Assembly (NCBI GenBank): GCA_034667685.1
Contig: JAXDQU010000012.1
Location: 1 to 64,000 of the forward strand
DNA length: 64,000 bases
Direction of reading: 5' to 3'
From: Thermoplasmata archaeon
GTDB taxonomy: Archaea; Thermoplasmatota; SW-10-69-26; JACQPN01; JAJPHT01
Shown: positions 11,010 to 21,063 of the stretch, piece after piece
How positions within the stretch are numbered: the first letter of the stretch is position 1
How the letters are laid out: each line of letters begins with the position of its first letter
The notes under the pieces: model-generated
What the model was told of the DNA's origin: nothing
The model's input: only the letters and a program-made list of their open reading frames with translations
Database searches by the model: none
Position numbers and translations under genes: made by a program

Positions 11010-11912
11010 GTGGCCGACGCGCGTCCCGGATTCGCCTTCGCCGCCTGCTGCGCGGTGTGGGGCACGACGTTCCTCGTCATCAAGAGCAGCAACGACGCCT
11101 TCGCGCCGCTCTGGGGCGCAGCGTTGCGCCTCGCGCTGGCGGCGCTGATCCTCGCGGCGGTGTGGCTCGTGCGCCGCGACGCGATGCCGCGCGGGCGCGT
11201 GCTGCTCGTGGTCGTGCTGTTCGGGCTCTTCGACTTCGGGATCAACCTGGGCCTGCTCTACTGGGGCGAGCGCAGCGTGCCTTCGGGGCTCTCGGCCGTC
11301 TTCTACGCGACGGTGCCGGTGGTGACACTGCTCCTCGCGCGCCTCGTGGGCCAGGAGAAGCTCGACGCGTGGAAGCTCGCGGGCATGCTCGCGGCCTTCG
11401 CGGGCGTCATCGTCGTCTTCGCCAGCGAGCTCACCGCGCGCGCCGATCCGTGGGCGCTCGTCGCGATCCTCGGCGCCGCCGCCAGCGCCGCGCTCTCCAG
11501 CGTGCTGCTGCGCACCATCCCGCCGCAGCCGGTCGTCCCCACCGTGACCTTGGGCTGCGCCGCGAGCGCCGCGCTGCTTCTCGTCGGAAGCCTCGTCTTC
11601 GGCGAGACGTGGGCGACGCCTTCCAGCCTCGCGCCTTGGTGGCCGATCCTCTACCTCGCCGTGCTGGGCAGCATCGTCGCGTTCGGCCTCTTCACGTGGC
11701 TGCTCAACGTTTGGCCCGCCAGCAGCGCGACGCTCGTGGGCGTCATCGTGCCCGTCGTCGCCGTGACGGTGGGCGCGGTGGCCGCGCGCGAGCGCCTCGC
11801 GCTCACCACGCTCGCGGGCGGTGCGCTGGTGCTCGCGGGCGTCGCGATGGCGCTGCTCAGGGCACGCAGGCTGGACCGGCGGACACGGGCTCCGCATGCG
11901 GAGGCGCGGTGA
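11010..11912 (+). CDS. EamA/DMT-family transporter
   Basis: VWGTTFLVIK, GERSVPSGLSAV, YLAVLGSIVAF; ten TM segments. Confidence 0.92.
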   Translation: MADARPGFAFAACCAVWGTTFLVIKSSNDAFAPLWGAALRLALAALILAAVWLVRRDAMPRGRVLLVVVLFGLFDFGINLGLLYWGERSVPSGLSAVFYATVPVVTLLLARLVGQEKLDAWKLAGMLAAFAGVIVVFASELTARADPWALVAILGAAASAALSSVLLRTIPPQPVVPTVTLGCAASAALLLVGSLVFGETWATPSSLAPWWPILYLAVLGSIVAFGLFTWLLNVWPASSATLVGVIVPVVAVTVGAVAARERLALTTLAGGALVLAGVAMALLRARRLDRRTRAPHAEAR

Positions 11913-11979
11913 GCGCGGAGGCCGCGGAGTCCCAGAACGCCGCGCGCCCCGCGTCCTCCGCGTCTCCGCATGCGGAGCC
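11888..11979. repeat. Palindrome with CGCGGAG-type units and GGCTCCGCATGCGGAG ends
   Basis: Terminal inverted repeats; overlaps the EamA stop codon. Confidence 0.8.
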
Positions 11980-11998
11980 GCGAAGCGCGCGGGCAGGC

Positions 11999-13333
11999 TC
12001 AGACAACCCAGGGCTGGATCGTCGTCGCGTCGTCCACGAGCTTCGGCCCGTCGGTCATGCGCGCGAACGTGATGCGTCCGCCCTCGTCGGCGCTGAGCAC
12101 GGTGACGTAGCTCACCACGAGCGAGCCGTCGGGGGCGATGGCGCACTGCTGGAAGTCGCCCAGCTCGCGGCCGCTCGTGCACGAGACGCCGCCCTGGCAG
12201 GGCTCGCCCACGCGCGCGGGCGCGTCGCTCACGCGGCCGCTGACCTCGGTGGGCGTGGCGGTGTCCGCCCCGACGATCGCGCCGGCCGTCTCGTACCATT
12301 CCTTCGCCGGGTCGGGCGCGTGGTACCACGAGAGGCCGAGCTTGCCGGGCGCGCCGGCGGCGACCCACAGGAAGAGCGAAAGGCCCGCCTCGTGGAACGC
12401 GGTCCGCGGCTCGCTCCACGTCTTGCCCATGTCGTGGCTGTAGACGTACGCGACGTGGCTCGCGCTCTCGCCGGCGCTCTCGGTCCACGCGACGTAGACC
12501 GTGCCCGCGGTGTCGGCGACGGTCTGCGGGAAGCTGTCGGTGAGCTTGCGCTCCTTCACGATGATGTCGTCCTTCCACGTCTTGCCCGCGTCGTGGCTCT
12601 GCACGAAGTGGAGGTTGCCGCCCTCGGCGATGCTGAAGGCGACGAAGCCGCCCTTCGTCGCGACGATGGGGCCCGGGTCGCCGCCCACGGGGCTCGCGGT
12701 CACGGGGGTCCACGACGCGCCGTTGTCGGTCGTCTTGGCGACCTGCACGCCGGGCTGCCCCGAGTAGTCGAGGTAGAACGTGCCCGCGTGCTCCGGGTCT
12801 GGCCAGAGCCACTGGCGGTCGGTGTCGACGTCGCCCGTCGCGCTGCCGGCCTGCCACGTCTCGCCCTTGTCGGTGCTGTACGACACGCTCTCAGTTGCGA
12901 GGCCGAGCTGGTCCGCGACGACGATCGTGCCCTTGCTATCAATGGCGATGTCGCTGTCGGAGCCGCCCGGGAGATAGCTGTGGTAGGGCGCGGGGCCGAG
13001 GCCCGCCTTGAAGGCGAACGTCTTGCCGCCGTCCTTGGACGTCCAGATGGCGCCCTGGAAGAGGCCCTTGTCCACCATCTTCGTCGCGTCGAGCGGCCGG
13101 GTCGCGTACTTGATGAGGCCGGTGGGCGCGGCGACGATGACCATGCCGTCGGCGGCGACCTTGATCGAGGGCTCGGACGCGATGCGGTCGGCGTCGACGC
13201 GCACCGACTTGGCGAACGTGAGGTTCGTGCCCAGCGTGAGGCCGCCCTGCGAGGCGGGACCGACGTCGGGCGTCTTGACGCAGCCCGCGAGCGAGGCGCC
13301 CAGCACGACGAGGACGAGCAGCGCGGCGCGCAC
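11999..13333 (-). CDS. Asp-box (BNR/sialidase-like) beta-propeller lipoprotein
   Basis: LAGC lipobox; repeated SxDxGxTW (SKDGGKTF, STDKGETW, SHDAGKTW). Confidence 0.85.
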   Translation of the reverse strand: MRAALLVLVVLGASLAGCVKTPDVGPASQGGLTLGTNLTFAKSVRVDADRIASEPSIKVAADGMVIVAAPTGLIKYATRPLDATKMVDKGLFQGAIWTSKDGGKTFAFKAGLGPAPYHSYLPGGSDSDIAIDSKGTIVVADQLGLATESVSYSTDKGETWQAGSATGDVDTDRQWLWPDPEHAGTFYLDYSGQPGVQVAKTTDNGASWTPVTASPVGGDPGPIVATKGGFVAFSIAEGGNLHFVQSHDAGKTWKDDIIVKERKLTDSFPQTVADTAGTVYVAWTESAGESASHVAYVYSHDMGKTWSEPRTAFHEAGLSLFLWVAAGAPGKLGLSWYHAPDPAKEWYETAGAIVGADTATPTEVSGRVSDAPARVGEPCQGGVSCTSGRELGDFQQCAIAPDGSLVVSYVTVLSADEGGRITFARMTDGPKLVDDATTIQPWVV

Positions 13334-14668
13334 TCAGACCACCCAGGGCTCGGGCGTGCTGTCCAGGAGCTTCGGGCCCTCGTCGACGCGGGCGAAGGCG
13401 ACGTGGCCGCCGCTCATGGCGTCCTTGACGATGACGTAGCTCATGACGAGCGTGCCGTCGGGGGCGATGGCGCACTGCTGGAAGTCGCCCAATTCGCGGC
13501 CGCTGGTGCACGTGGTGCCGCTCTCGCAGGGCGGGTAGGGGAGCGCGGCGTCGCCGCCCACGCGCTCGTCCCACGTCTGGGGGCTGGGCGCGTCCGCGCC
13601 GATGACCTCGCCGGCGTGCTCGTAGAACTTCGCGTTGTCGGGCGACTCGTACCACGAGAGGCCCAGCTTCCCCGGCGAGCCCGCGGCGGCCCAGAGGAAG
13701 AGCGCCTTGCCCGTCTCCGAGAACGCGATGACCTTGGGGCTCCACGTCTTGCCCGCGTCGTGGCTGGAGACATACGCCGTGTTCGTCTTGTCGCCGTCGT
13801 GCTCCTGCCAGAGGACGTAGAGCGTGCCGGCGGTGTCGGCGACGGTGATCGGGAAGTGGTCGAAGAGACCCTTGTGGTCCTTGGCGATGACGTCGCTCTT
13901 CCACGTCATGCCCTTGTCCTCGCTGTGCGTGTAGAGGATGTCCTGCCCCTGGAAGCTCGTGAACGCCACCGTCTGGTTCGTGGCGACGATCGGGCCGGGG
14001 CTCGTGCTGGGCGCGTCCGTCTCCACGGCGCTCCACGTCTTGCCCGCGTCGGTCGTCTTGGCGACGTTGATCGACACGGCGTTGTGGTCGTAGTTCATGT
14101 AGACCGTGCCCGCGGTCGCGGGGTCGGGCCACATCCACATGCGGTCGACGTCAGGCACGCCGCTGCCCAGGGGCGTCGCCTCCGTCCACGTCGCGCCATT
14201 GTCGTTGCTCGTGCTGACCACTTCGAGCGCGAGGCCGAGCTGGTCGGCCATGTAGATCGTGCCCTTGCTATCAATGGCGAGGTCCGCGTCCCCCGCGCCC
14301 GGCAGCGCGTCGTGGTAGGGGAGCGGCGCCATCTGCGCGAAGCTCCACGTCTTGCCGTTGTCCTTCGAGGTCCAGATGGCGCTCTGCGCCGCGCCGTTGG
14401 GCGCCTCGACCGCGAGGTCCTGCGGGCGCGTCGCGTACTTGACCGAGCCCGTGGGCGCGGCGACGAGGATGACGCCCGTCTTCGTGACCTTGATCGAGGG
14501 CTCGCTCGCGATGCGCGTCGCGTCGACGACCACCGGCTTGCTCAGGTTGAGCGCCGAGGGAAGGCTCGCGGCGGGCGCGGAGGCGGGCGCGCCGTTGGGC
14601 GCCTGCACGCAGCCCGCAAGGGTGGCGCCCAAGAGTAGGAGGGCCACGACGAAAGGGCGGGGGGACAT
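13334..14668 (-). CDS. Asp-box beta-propeller lipoprotein (tandem paralog)
   Basis: LAGC lipobox, Asp-boxes, colinear with 11999-13333, both 444 aa. Confidence 0.85.
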   Translation of the reverse strand: MSPRPFVVALLLLGATLAGCVQAPNGAPASAPAASLPSALNLSKPVVVDATRIASEPSIKVTKTGVILVAAPTGSVKYATRPQDLAVEAPNGAAQSAIWTSKDNGKTWSFAQMAPLPYHDALPGAGDADLAIDSKGTIYMADQLGLALEVVSTSNDNGATWTEATPLGSGVPDVDRMWMWPDPATAGTVYMNYDHNAVSINVAKTTDAGKTWSAVETDAPSTSPGPIVATNQTVAFTSFQGQDILYTHSEDKGMTWKSDVIAKDHKGLFDHFPITVADTAGTLYVLWQEHDGDKTNTAYVSSHDAGKTWSPKVIAFSETGKALFLWAAAGSPGKLGLSWYESPDNAKFYEHAGEVIGADAPSPQTWDERVGGDAALPYPPCESGTTCTSGRELGDFQQCAIAPDGTLVMSYVIVKDAMSGGHVAFARVDEGPKLLDSTPEPWVV

Positions 14669-14727
14669 CGCGCTCCCGAACCGGGGAGGGGGTTATAGAC
14701 CGCATGGCACGGGGATTGTACATGCCC

Positions 14728-14797
14728 GGGCTCTGGGCTCTGGACTCCGGGCTCAAGGCTCCGGAGCCCTGAGCCCGGAGTCCAGAGCCCAGAGCCC
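14728..14797. repeat. Heptamer palindrome, type A
   Basis: gggctct gggctct ggactcc gggctca aggctcc|ggagccc tgagccc ggagtcc agagccc agagccc. Confidence 0.92.
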
Positions 14798-14851
14798 CCG
14801 CGAAGGATTCTGCAGCAACGCCTATCCGCCCGTGGATGCTGGTGCGGCCCG

Positions 14852-15937
14852 ATGCGCATCCCGCTCGTGACAATGGCCGTCCTCTGCCTGGCTTTCGCGG
14901 GGTGCATCGGCGCCAAGCCCGCCCCCGAGACGCCGGCGGCCGTGAACGCCAGCGCGGAGGGGGGCCTGAACCTCCAGGCGATGGCGACCGGCGCGCCCAC
15001 CTCGCCCGTGGCCGCGACGCTGGACGCGCCGCCCGAGTGGCGCCAGGGCGAGTGGTGGACGGTCACCGTGCACGACGGGTTCGACAGCGCGACCTACACC
15101 GGGACGCGCGTCGTCGCCGGCGCGGAGCCCGACGCCTACCTCGTGGGGATGCCGGCCGACAAGTTCAGCACGGAGCTGATGGTGCTCCACATCCCAGGCT
15201 TCGGCCAGGTGGCGAAGAAGGACCTCAGCTTCGACGTGCACAACGTCAACTTCGCGCCGGTCAGCTTCCCGCTCACGGAGGGCAAGACCTGGAAGACCGC
15301 CTTCGAGGGGCGCCCGATCACCGCGGTCGCGCACGTCAAGAGCCCCACGGAGGCGCTCGTGCAGCTCGACGGCCCCAACGACCACATGAACGTCACCTAC
15401 GACGCGACGATCGGCGAGGTCCGCAAGATCGACTACGCCAACTACGCCACCGTCGAGGTCACGGGCCACGGCTACGGCTACCAGGGCCTCGTCACCGTCC
15501 CCCACATGTTCAAGCTCGTCTTCCAGCAGTTCCGCCTCGGCGGCGTCGTGGGCCCGGGCAACGCGCCCGCCGCGCCCGACGAGACCGTGAACGTGGACAA
15601 CACGTACGACCGCGTCAGCTTCGTCGAGATCCTCGCGGGCGCCAGCGCGCTCACCGGCCAGGCGGCGCCCACGGGCGGCGGCTACTTCGACGAGCAGGTC
15701 ACCGGCCCCGACGGCAAGGTCTACGAGACGACGCTCATGCCCACCGAGGGAGGCTCGTCCCCCTACAAGCTGGCCTTCTTCAGCGTCGACAAGCCCGGTG
15801 GCGTCTGGAAGTTCCACCACGTCGCCGCCGGCCCCGGCGTCGCCGAGGCCGAGGGCATCGCGTACCACGTGTACGACATCGAGCTTCCCTCCGGGCGCGT
15901 CCTTCCGAGCACGGGGCAGCACCACCACGGGGGCTGA
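14852..15937 (+). CDS. Hypothetical lipoprotein
   Basis: LAFAGC lipobox; PEWRQGEWW; FPLTEGKTW; beta-rich. Confidence 0.85.
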   Translation: MRIPLVTMAVLCLAFAGCIGAKPAPETPAAVNASAEGGLNLQAMATGAPTSPVAATLDAPPEWRQGEWWTVTVHDGFDSATYTGTRVVAGAEPDAYLVGMPADKFSTELMVLHIPGFGQVAKKDLSFDVHNVNFAPVSFPLTEGKTWKTAFEGRPITAVAHVKSPTEALVQLDGPNDHMNVTYDATIGEVRKIDYANYATVEVTGHGYGYQGLVTVPHMFKLVFQQFRLGGVVGPGNAPAAPDETVNVDNTYDRVSFVEILAGASALTGQAAPTGGGYFDEQVTGPDGKVYETTLMPTEGGSSPYKLAFFSVDKPGGVWKFHHVAAGPGVAEAEGIAYHVYDIELPSGRVLPSTGQHHHGG

Positions 15938-15948
15938 CGAACGTCCGA

Positions 15949-16032
15949 AGGGGCTGTGGACTCAGGACTCTGGGCTCCCGCCTGCCATGCGCCCGGAGAG
16001 CCCAGAGTCCCGAGTCCAGAGCCCGAGTCCCT
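15949..16032. repeat. Heptamer palindrome, type B
   Basis: Spacer cccgcctgccatgcgcccggag, homologous to the spacer in 5963-6056. Confidence 0.9.
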
Positions 16033-16174
16033 CGTTTCGTAGAGCAGCGGACTAGAGTTGCCCTCCAGAGAGCTTCTTCCCACGCGAGCCTACGGGCCGG
16101 AGGGGGGTCGGGCAAGGCCCGTACCTCAAGTGGCAACCCTGGCGCCTCGGAGGCCAGGCGTGCTGGGACCGAAC

Positions 16175-17308
16175 ATGAGGGCCATCATTCTCGCAGCCGG
16201 TGAAGGGTCGCGCCTGCGCCCGCTCACGGCCGACCGCCCGAAGCCCATGATCCGGGTGGCGAACAAGCCGATCGCCCAGCACGTCGTCGAGGCGCTCGTC
16301 GCGCACGGCGTCAAGGACATCACCTTCGTGGTGGGCTACCAGAAGGAGAAGGTCCAGTCCCACTTCCAGGACGGCCGCCGCTTCGGCGCGCGCGTCTCCT
16401 ACGCCTTCCAGCCCGTCCTGTCGGGCACGGCCGACGCGCTCCTCGCGGCGCCCCGGCCCACCGAGCCTTTCCTGGTGCTGGGCGCCGACAACCTCGTGGA
16501 CGGCGCGCTCGTCAAGCGCATCCTCGGAGCGCCGGGCGAGGGCGCCGCGCTCGCAGTCCACGCCTGCGGGACGCCCGGCCGCTACGGCGTCGTCACGCTC
16601 GAAGGCGACCGCATCGCCAGCATCGAGGAGAAGCCCGCGCAGCCCCGCTCCGGCTGGGTCAGCACCGGCGTCTACCGCTTCGCGCCCGAGGACTACGACC
16701 GCCTGCGCAAGCTGCGCGCGGCCGGCGCCGACGGGCTTCCCGACCTCATCCAGAGCCTCCTCTCGCGGGGCGCGCCCGTCGAGGCCGTGCGCACCGAAGA
16801 CCTGTGGGCCGACGCGGTCTACCCGTGGGACCTGCTGCGCGTGCAGGCCGAGGTCGTGCGGCGGACCTCGCCCGCGACGCCCGTCGTCGAGAACGTGAGC
16901 ATCGAGCGCGGCGTGATGCTCGGCGACGAGGTCAGCGTCGGCGCCTACACCACGCTGGGCCGCAACACCTGCGTGGGCAGCAACGTCGTCATCGGCGGCC
17001 ACTCCACGCTGGAGAACTGCATCGTGCTCGACGACGCGCAGATCGGGCCGTACAGCTACCTGAAGAACACGGTCATCGGCGCGGGCGCCATCGTGGGCCC
17101 GCGCTTCACGGCGGTGTCGGGCGCCTGCGAGCCCCGCACCGCGGACGGGCACCACGCGCTGGCCGACTTCGGCAGCGTCGTCGGACAGGACGCGCGGGTC
17201 GGCGCGTGCGTGACGCTGGCACCCGGGACCATCCTGGGCAACCGCGTCCGCGTCGCGCTGGGGAAGACGCTCGCGGGCACCGTCGAGGACGGGGCTATCA
17301 TTCTCTAA
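16175..17308 (+). CDS. Archaeal GlmU-like sugar-1-phosphate nucleotidylyltransferase/acetyltransferase
   Basis: ILAAGEGSRLRPLT..RPKPM, EKP, YPWDLL, C-terminal hexapeptide repeats; precedes glmS. Confidence 0.9.
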   Translation: MRAIILAAGEGSRLRPLTADRPKPMIRVANKPIAQHVVEALVAHGVKDITFVVGYQKEKVQSHFQDGRRFGARVSYAFQPVLSGTADALLAAPRPTEPFLVLGADNLVDGALVKRILGAPGEGAALAVHACGTPGRYGVVTLEGDRIASIEEKPAQPRSGWVSTGVYRFAPEDYDRLRKLRAAGADGLPDLIQSLLSRGAPVEAVRTEDLWADAVYPWDLLRVQAEVVRRTSPATPVVENVSIERGVMLGDEVSVGAYTTLGRNTCVGSNVVIGGHSTLENCIVLDDAQIGPYSYLKNTVIGAGAIVGPRFTAVSGACEPRTADGHHALADFGSVVGQDARVGACVTLAPGTILGNRVRVALGKTLAGTVEDGAIIL

Positions 17309-17323
17309 GGAGACGGGAACCAC

Positions 17324-19147
17324 ATGTGCGGAATCATCGGGGTTGTCGGAGTCGAAGGGGCCGCGAAGACGCTCGTGCAGGGCCTCAAGCGCCTGGAGTA
17401 CCGCGGCTACGACTCGGCCGGCATCGCCGTCGTCTCGGGCAACGAGCTCGCCATCCAGCGCGCCGTGGGCCAGGTCGCGAACCTGGAGAAGCAGGTCGCG
17501 CCCGCGGGCACCGTCGGGATCGGCCACACGCGCTGGGCCACGCACGGCGCGCCCACCGAGCACAACTCGCACCCGCACCGCGACTGCACGGGCCGCCTCG
17601 CCGTCGTCCACAACGGCATCGTCGAGAACTACCAGGAGCTGCGCGAGGAGCTGGAGGCGCGCGGCCACAAGTTCCGCTCGCAGACCGACACGGAGGTCCT
17701 CGCGCACCTCGTCGAGGAGCGCAACCGGGGCGACCTCCTGGCCGCCGTGCAGGAGATCCTTCCGCTCGTGCGCGGGAGCTACGCGCTCGTCGTCGTCAGC
17801 GCCGACGCGCCCGACCGCATCGTGTGCGCGCGCATGAAGAGCCCGCTGCTGATCGGCGTGGGCGCCGACCGCATGTTCCTCGCCTCCGACGCGACCGCGA
17901 TCCTGGAGCACACGCGCAGCGTCGTCTTCCTGGAGGACGGCGAGGTCGCCGAGCTGACGCGCGACCACGTGAAGCTCCTGGACGCCGAAGGCAAGCCCAA
18001 GATCCCCGTCGTGCGCGAGCTTCCGTGGAACCTCGAGGCGGCCGAGAAGGGCGGCTTCGACCACTTCATGCTCAAGGAGATCCACGAGATCCCCGACGCG
18101 CTCCACGAGGTCTTCCGCGGCCGCGTGGGCCTCATCGGCGAGCGCTTCGACGTCGAGGGCGCGCTCTCCGAGGGCGCCATCCGCCAGGCCAAGCGCATCG
18201 TCATCCTCGCGTGCGGCACGAGCTACTACGCCGGCATGGTGGGCCGCTCGATCCTGGAGCAGACCGCGGGCGTCCCCGTCGAGGTGCACCTCGCCAGCGA
18301 GTACCGCTACGCGCCGCAGGTGCGCCAGGAGAACACGCTCGCGATCCTCGTGAGCCAGAGCGGCGAGACCGCCGACACGCTCGAGGCGCTGCGCCGCGCA
18401 AGACAGAGCGGCGCCCGTACTCTCGCCATGGTCAACGTCGTGGGCTCGACGCTCGCGCGCGAGGCCGAGGGCGTCTTCTACCTGCGCGCCGGCCCCGAGA
18501 TCGGCGTCGCCAGCACGAAGGCCTTCGCCAACATGGTGGGCGGCTTCTACCTCCTGGGCCTGCACCTGGGCACCGTGCTCGGGCACCTCACGCCCGACGA
18601 GAGCAAGCGCCTCGCCAGCGAGCTGCGCACGCTCCCCCGCCTCGCCCAGCGCGCGCTGGAGAGCGCCGACGAGATGCGCGGCATCGCGGGCGGCTTCTTC
18701 CACGGCGCCGAGCACGCCTTCTACCTGGGCCGCCAGATCAACCACGGCCTCGCCATGGAAGGCGCGCTCAAGATCAAGGAGATCAGCTACCTCCACGCGG
18801 AAGGCTACGCGGCCGGCGAGCTCAAGCACGGCCCGCTCGCCCTCCTCACGCCCGACTTCCCCGTGGTGGTCTGCCTCAACGACCACGAGCCCACGTACGG
18901 CGTCATGGTCAGCAACATCGGCGAGGTGCGCGCCCGCGGCGCCAAGGTCCTCGCGGTGGCGACGGAGACCGACGCGAACATCCACAAGTACGTGGACCAC
19001 GTCGTGCGCGTCCCCGCCAGCGACCCGCTCTTCTTCCCGATCCCCGCGTGCGTGCAGCTCTACCTCATGGCGTACCACGCGGCCCACGCGCGCGGCTGCT
19101 CGATCGACCGGCCGCGCAACCTGGCGAAGAGCGTGACGGTCGAGTAG
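17324..19147 (+). CDS. glmS: Glutamine-fructose-6-phosphate transaminase
   Basis: MCGIIG, LEYRGYDSAG, GHTRWATHG, SQSGETADT, PRNLAKSVTVE. Confidence 0.98.
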   Translation: MCGIIGVVGVEGAAKTLVQGLKRLEYRGYDSAGIAVVSGNELAIQRAVGQVANLEKQVAPAGTVGIGHTRWATHGAPTEHNSHPHRDCTGRLAVVHNGIVENYQELREELEARGHKFRSQTDTEVLAHLVEERNRGDLLAAVQEILPLVRGSYALVVVSADAPDRIVCARMKSPLLIGVGADRMFLASDATAILEHTRSVVFLEDGEVAELTRDHVKLLDAEGKPKIPVVRELPWNLEAAEKGGFDHFMLKEIHEIPDALHEVFRGRVGLIGERFDVEGALSEGAIRQAKRIVILACGTSYYAGMVGRSILEQTAGVPVEVHLASEYRYAPQVRQENTLAILVSQSGETADTLEALRRARQSGARTLAMVNVVGSTLAREAEGVFYLRAGPEIGVASTKAFANMVGGFYLLGLHLGTVLGHLTPDESKRLASELRTLPRLAQRALESADEMRGIAGGFFHGAEHAFYLGRQINHGLAMEGALKIKEISYLHAEGYAAGELKHGPLALLTPDFPVVVCLNDHEPTYGVMVSNIGEVRARGAKVLAVATETDANIHKYVDHVVRVPASDPLFFPIPACVQLYLMAYHAAHARGCSIDRPRNLAKSVTVE

Positions 19148-19158
19148 GACGCGATCCC

Positions 19159-19731
19159 GTGGAGCCGCGCTTCTTCGCCAACCCGGAGAGATTCCGCGCG
19201 TGGCTTGCGAAGAACCATGCGAACAGGGCCGAGCTTCTCGTGGGCTTCTGGAAGGTCGGCAGCGGCAAGCGCAGCATGACGTGGGCGGAGGCGGTGGACG
19301 AGGCGCTCGCGTTCGGCTGGATCGACGGCGTGCGGAAGCGCATCGACGACGAAAGCTATCAGATCCGGTTCACGCCGCGCAAGGCGGGGAGCCACTGGTC
19401 GAAGGTGAACGTCGCGCACGTGGCGCGGCTCCGGGCGGAGGGCCGGATGACGCCCGCGGGCGAGGCGGCGTTCGCGGCGCGCGCCGAGGCCAAGACCGCG
19501 CGGGCGAGCTACGAGAACCGCGACGCGGCGAAGCTCCCGCCCGCGATGGCGAAGCGGCTGAGGGCGGACGCCGCGGCGTGGGCGTACTGGTCCGCGCGTC
19601 CGCCCAGCTACCGGCGCGCGGCGGCGTGGTGGGTCGTCTCCGCCAAGCGGGAGGAGACGCGCGAGCGCCGGTTCGCGACGCTGCTGGCCGACTGCGCGGC
19701 GGGGCGGCCGATCAAGCCGCTCTCGTACTGA
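19159..19731 (+). CDS. YdeI/OmpD-associated family protein
   Basis: FRAWL, AVDEALAFGWIDG, FTPRKAGSHWSKVN, SAKREETRERR. Confidence 0.88.
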   Translation: MEPRFFANPERFRAWLAKNHANRAELLVGFWKVGSGKRSMTWAEAVDEALAFGWIDGVRKRIDDESYQIRFTPRKAGSHWSKVNVAHVARLRAEGRMTPAGEAAFAARAEAKTARASYENRDAAKLPPAMAKRLRADAAAWAYWSARPPSYRRAAAWWVVSAKREETRERRFATLLADCAAGRPIKPLSY

Positions 19732-19770
19732 GGGGGAAGTCTCATGCCGCCGGCGGGCTAAGCCGCGCGC

Positions 19771-21063
19771 ATGGCCTCGTTCGGAAGCTCGGGCGTCCGT
19801 GGACCGTTCGCCACGGTGGCGACGCCGGAGTTCGCGCTGCGGATCGGCCGCGCGGTGGGCGCGATGCGCAGGCGCGTGGTCGTCGGGCGGGACGCGCGCG
19901 TGACGGGGCCGCTGCTGGAGCGCGCGCTCGTGGCGGGCCTTCTCGCGCAGGGCGCCGAGGTGGCGACGTGCGGCGTGCTGCCCACGCCCGCGCTCGCGTA
20001 CGCCGCGCGCCGGCACGAGGCGGGCATCGTCGTCACGGCGAGCCACAACCCCGCGCCGGACAACGGCTTCAAGCTCTGGGAGCCAACCGGGAAAGCCTTC
20101 GGCAAGGCGGAGCGCGCGCACGTCGAGCGCCTGCTCGCCGCGCCGCCCGAGAGCGCCGCGTGGGACGCGGTGGGCCGCGCCGAGGAGGAGCCCGGCGCCA
20201 TCGAGGCGCACGTCGCGCGCATCCTGGATATCACGGGGCCGCTGCCGCGGCCCCTGCGCGTCGTGCTGGATTGCGGCAACGGCGCCGCCAGCCGCGAGTC
20301 GCCGCTCCTGCTGCGCAAGCTGGGCTGCGACGTCGTGACGCTCAACGCGCAGCCCGATGGCCACTTTCCGGGCAGGCCCAGCGAGCCCAGCGAGGAGAAC
20401 CTCGCCGCGCTGCGCCAGGCGGTCGTCGCGGCCGGCGCGGACCTCGGCCTCGCGCACGACGGCGACGCCGACCGCTGCATGGCCGTCACCGCCTCGGGCC
20501 GCTACGTGCAGGGCGACGAGCTGCTCCTGCTCTTCGCGCAGGAGCAGAAGGGCAAGACGATCGCGTGCCCGGTCGACGCGAGCCGCACGATCGAGGACGC
20601 CAGCGGGTGCCGCGTCGTGCGCACGCGCGTGGGCGACGCCTACGTGAGCGAGGCGCTGGCCGAGGCGCGCGGCGCGTTCGGCGGCGAGGCGAGCGGCGCG
20701 TGGATCTTCCCCGAGATGTCGTACTGCCCGGACGGCCCGCTCGCCGCCGCGCTCGCGTGCCGCATGGTGGCGGCGCGCGGGCCGTTGGACGCGCTCGTCG
20801 AGGCGCTGCCGCGCTACCCGTTGTGGCGCCACAGCTGGCGCATGCGGCCCGAGGAGATCGCGCCCACGATGCAGCGCTTCGCCGAGGGGCTCGCGGAGGG
20901 CAAGGTCACGACGCTCGACGGCGTCAAGGCCGACTACGACGAAGGCTGGGTCCTCGTGCGGCCCAGCGGCACCGAGCCCAAGGTGCGCGTCACCGTCGAG
21001 GCGCGCGACGCCGCCGGGCTGGAGCGGCTGAAGGCGAAGGTCGCGCGCGTCAAGGCGCTCTGA
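19771..21063 (+). CDS. glmM: Phosphoglucosamine mutase / phosphohexomutase
   Basis: FGSSGVRG, TASHNP, DGDADR, GGEASG, RPSGTEP; clustered with glmS. Confidence 0.85.
   Translation: MASFGSSGVRGPFATVATPEFALRIGRAVGAMRRRVVVGRDARVTGPLLERALVAGLLAQGAEVATCGVLPTPALAYAARRHEAGIVVTASHNPAPDNGFKLWEPTGKAFGKAERAHVERLLAAPPESAAWDAVGRAEEEPGAIEAHVARILDITGPLPRPLRVVLDCGNGAASRESPLLLRKLGCDVVTLNAQPDGHFPGRPSEPSEENLAALRQAVVAAGADLGLAHDGDADRCMAVTASGRYVQGDELLLLFAQEQKGKTIACPVDASRTIEDASGCRVVRTRVGDAYVSEALAEARGAFGGEASGAWIFPEMSYCPDGPLAAALACRMVAARGPLDALVEALPRYPLWRHSWRMRPEEIAPTMQRFAEGLAEGKVTTLDGVKADYDEGWVLVRPSGTEPKVRVTVEARDAAGLERLKAKVARVKAL

Noticed and set aside
10760-14638. Very long alternative ORFs (1292 aa here; also 16052-19087, 25263-28028 and others)
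   Set aside because: Shadow frames of real genes, caused by stop-codon scarcity at high GC.
17309-17323. glmS ribozyme
   Set aside because: Only 15 nt separate glmS from the upstream gene.
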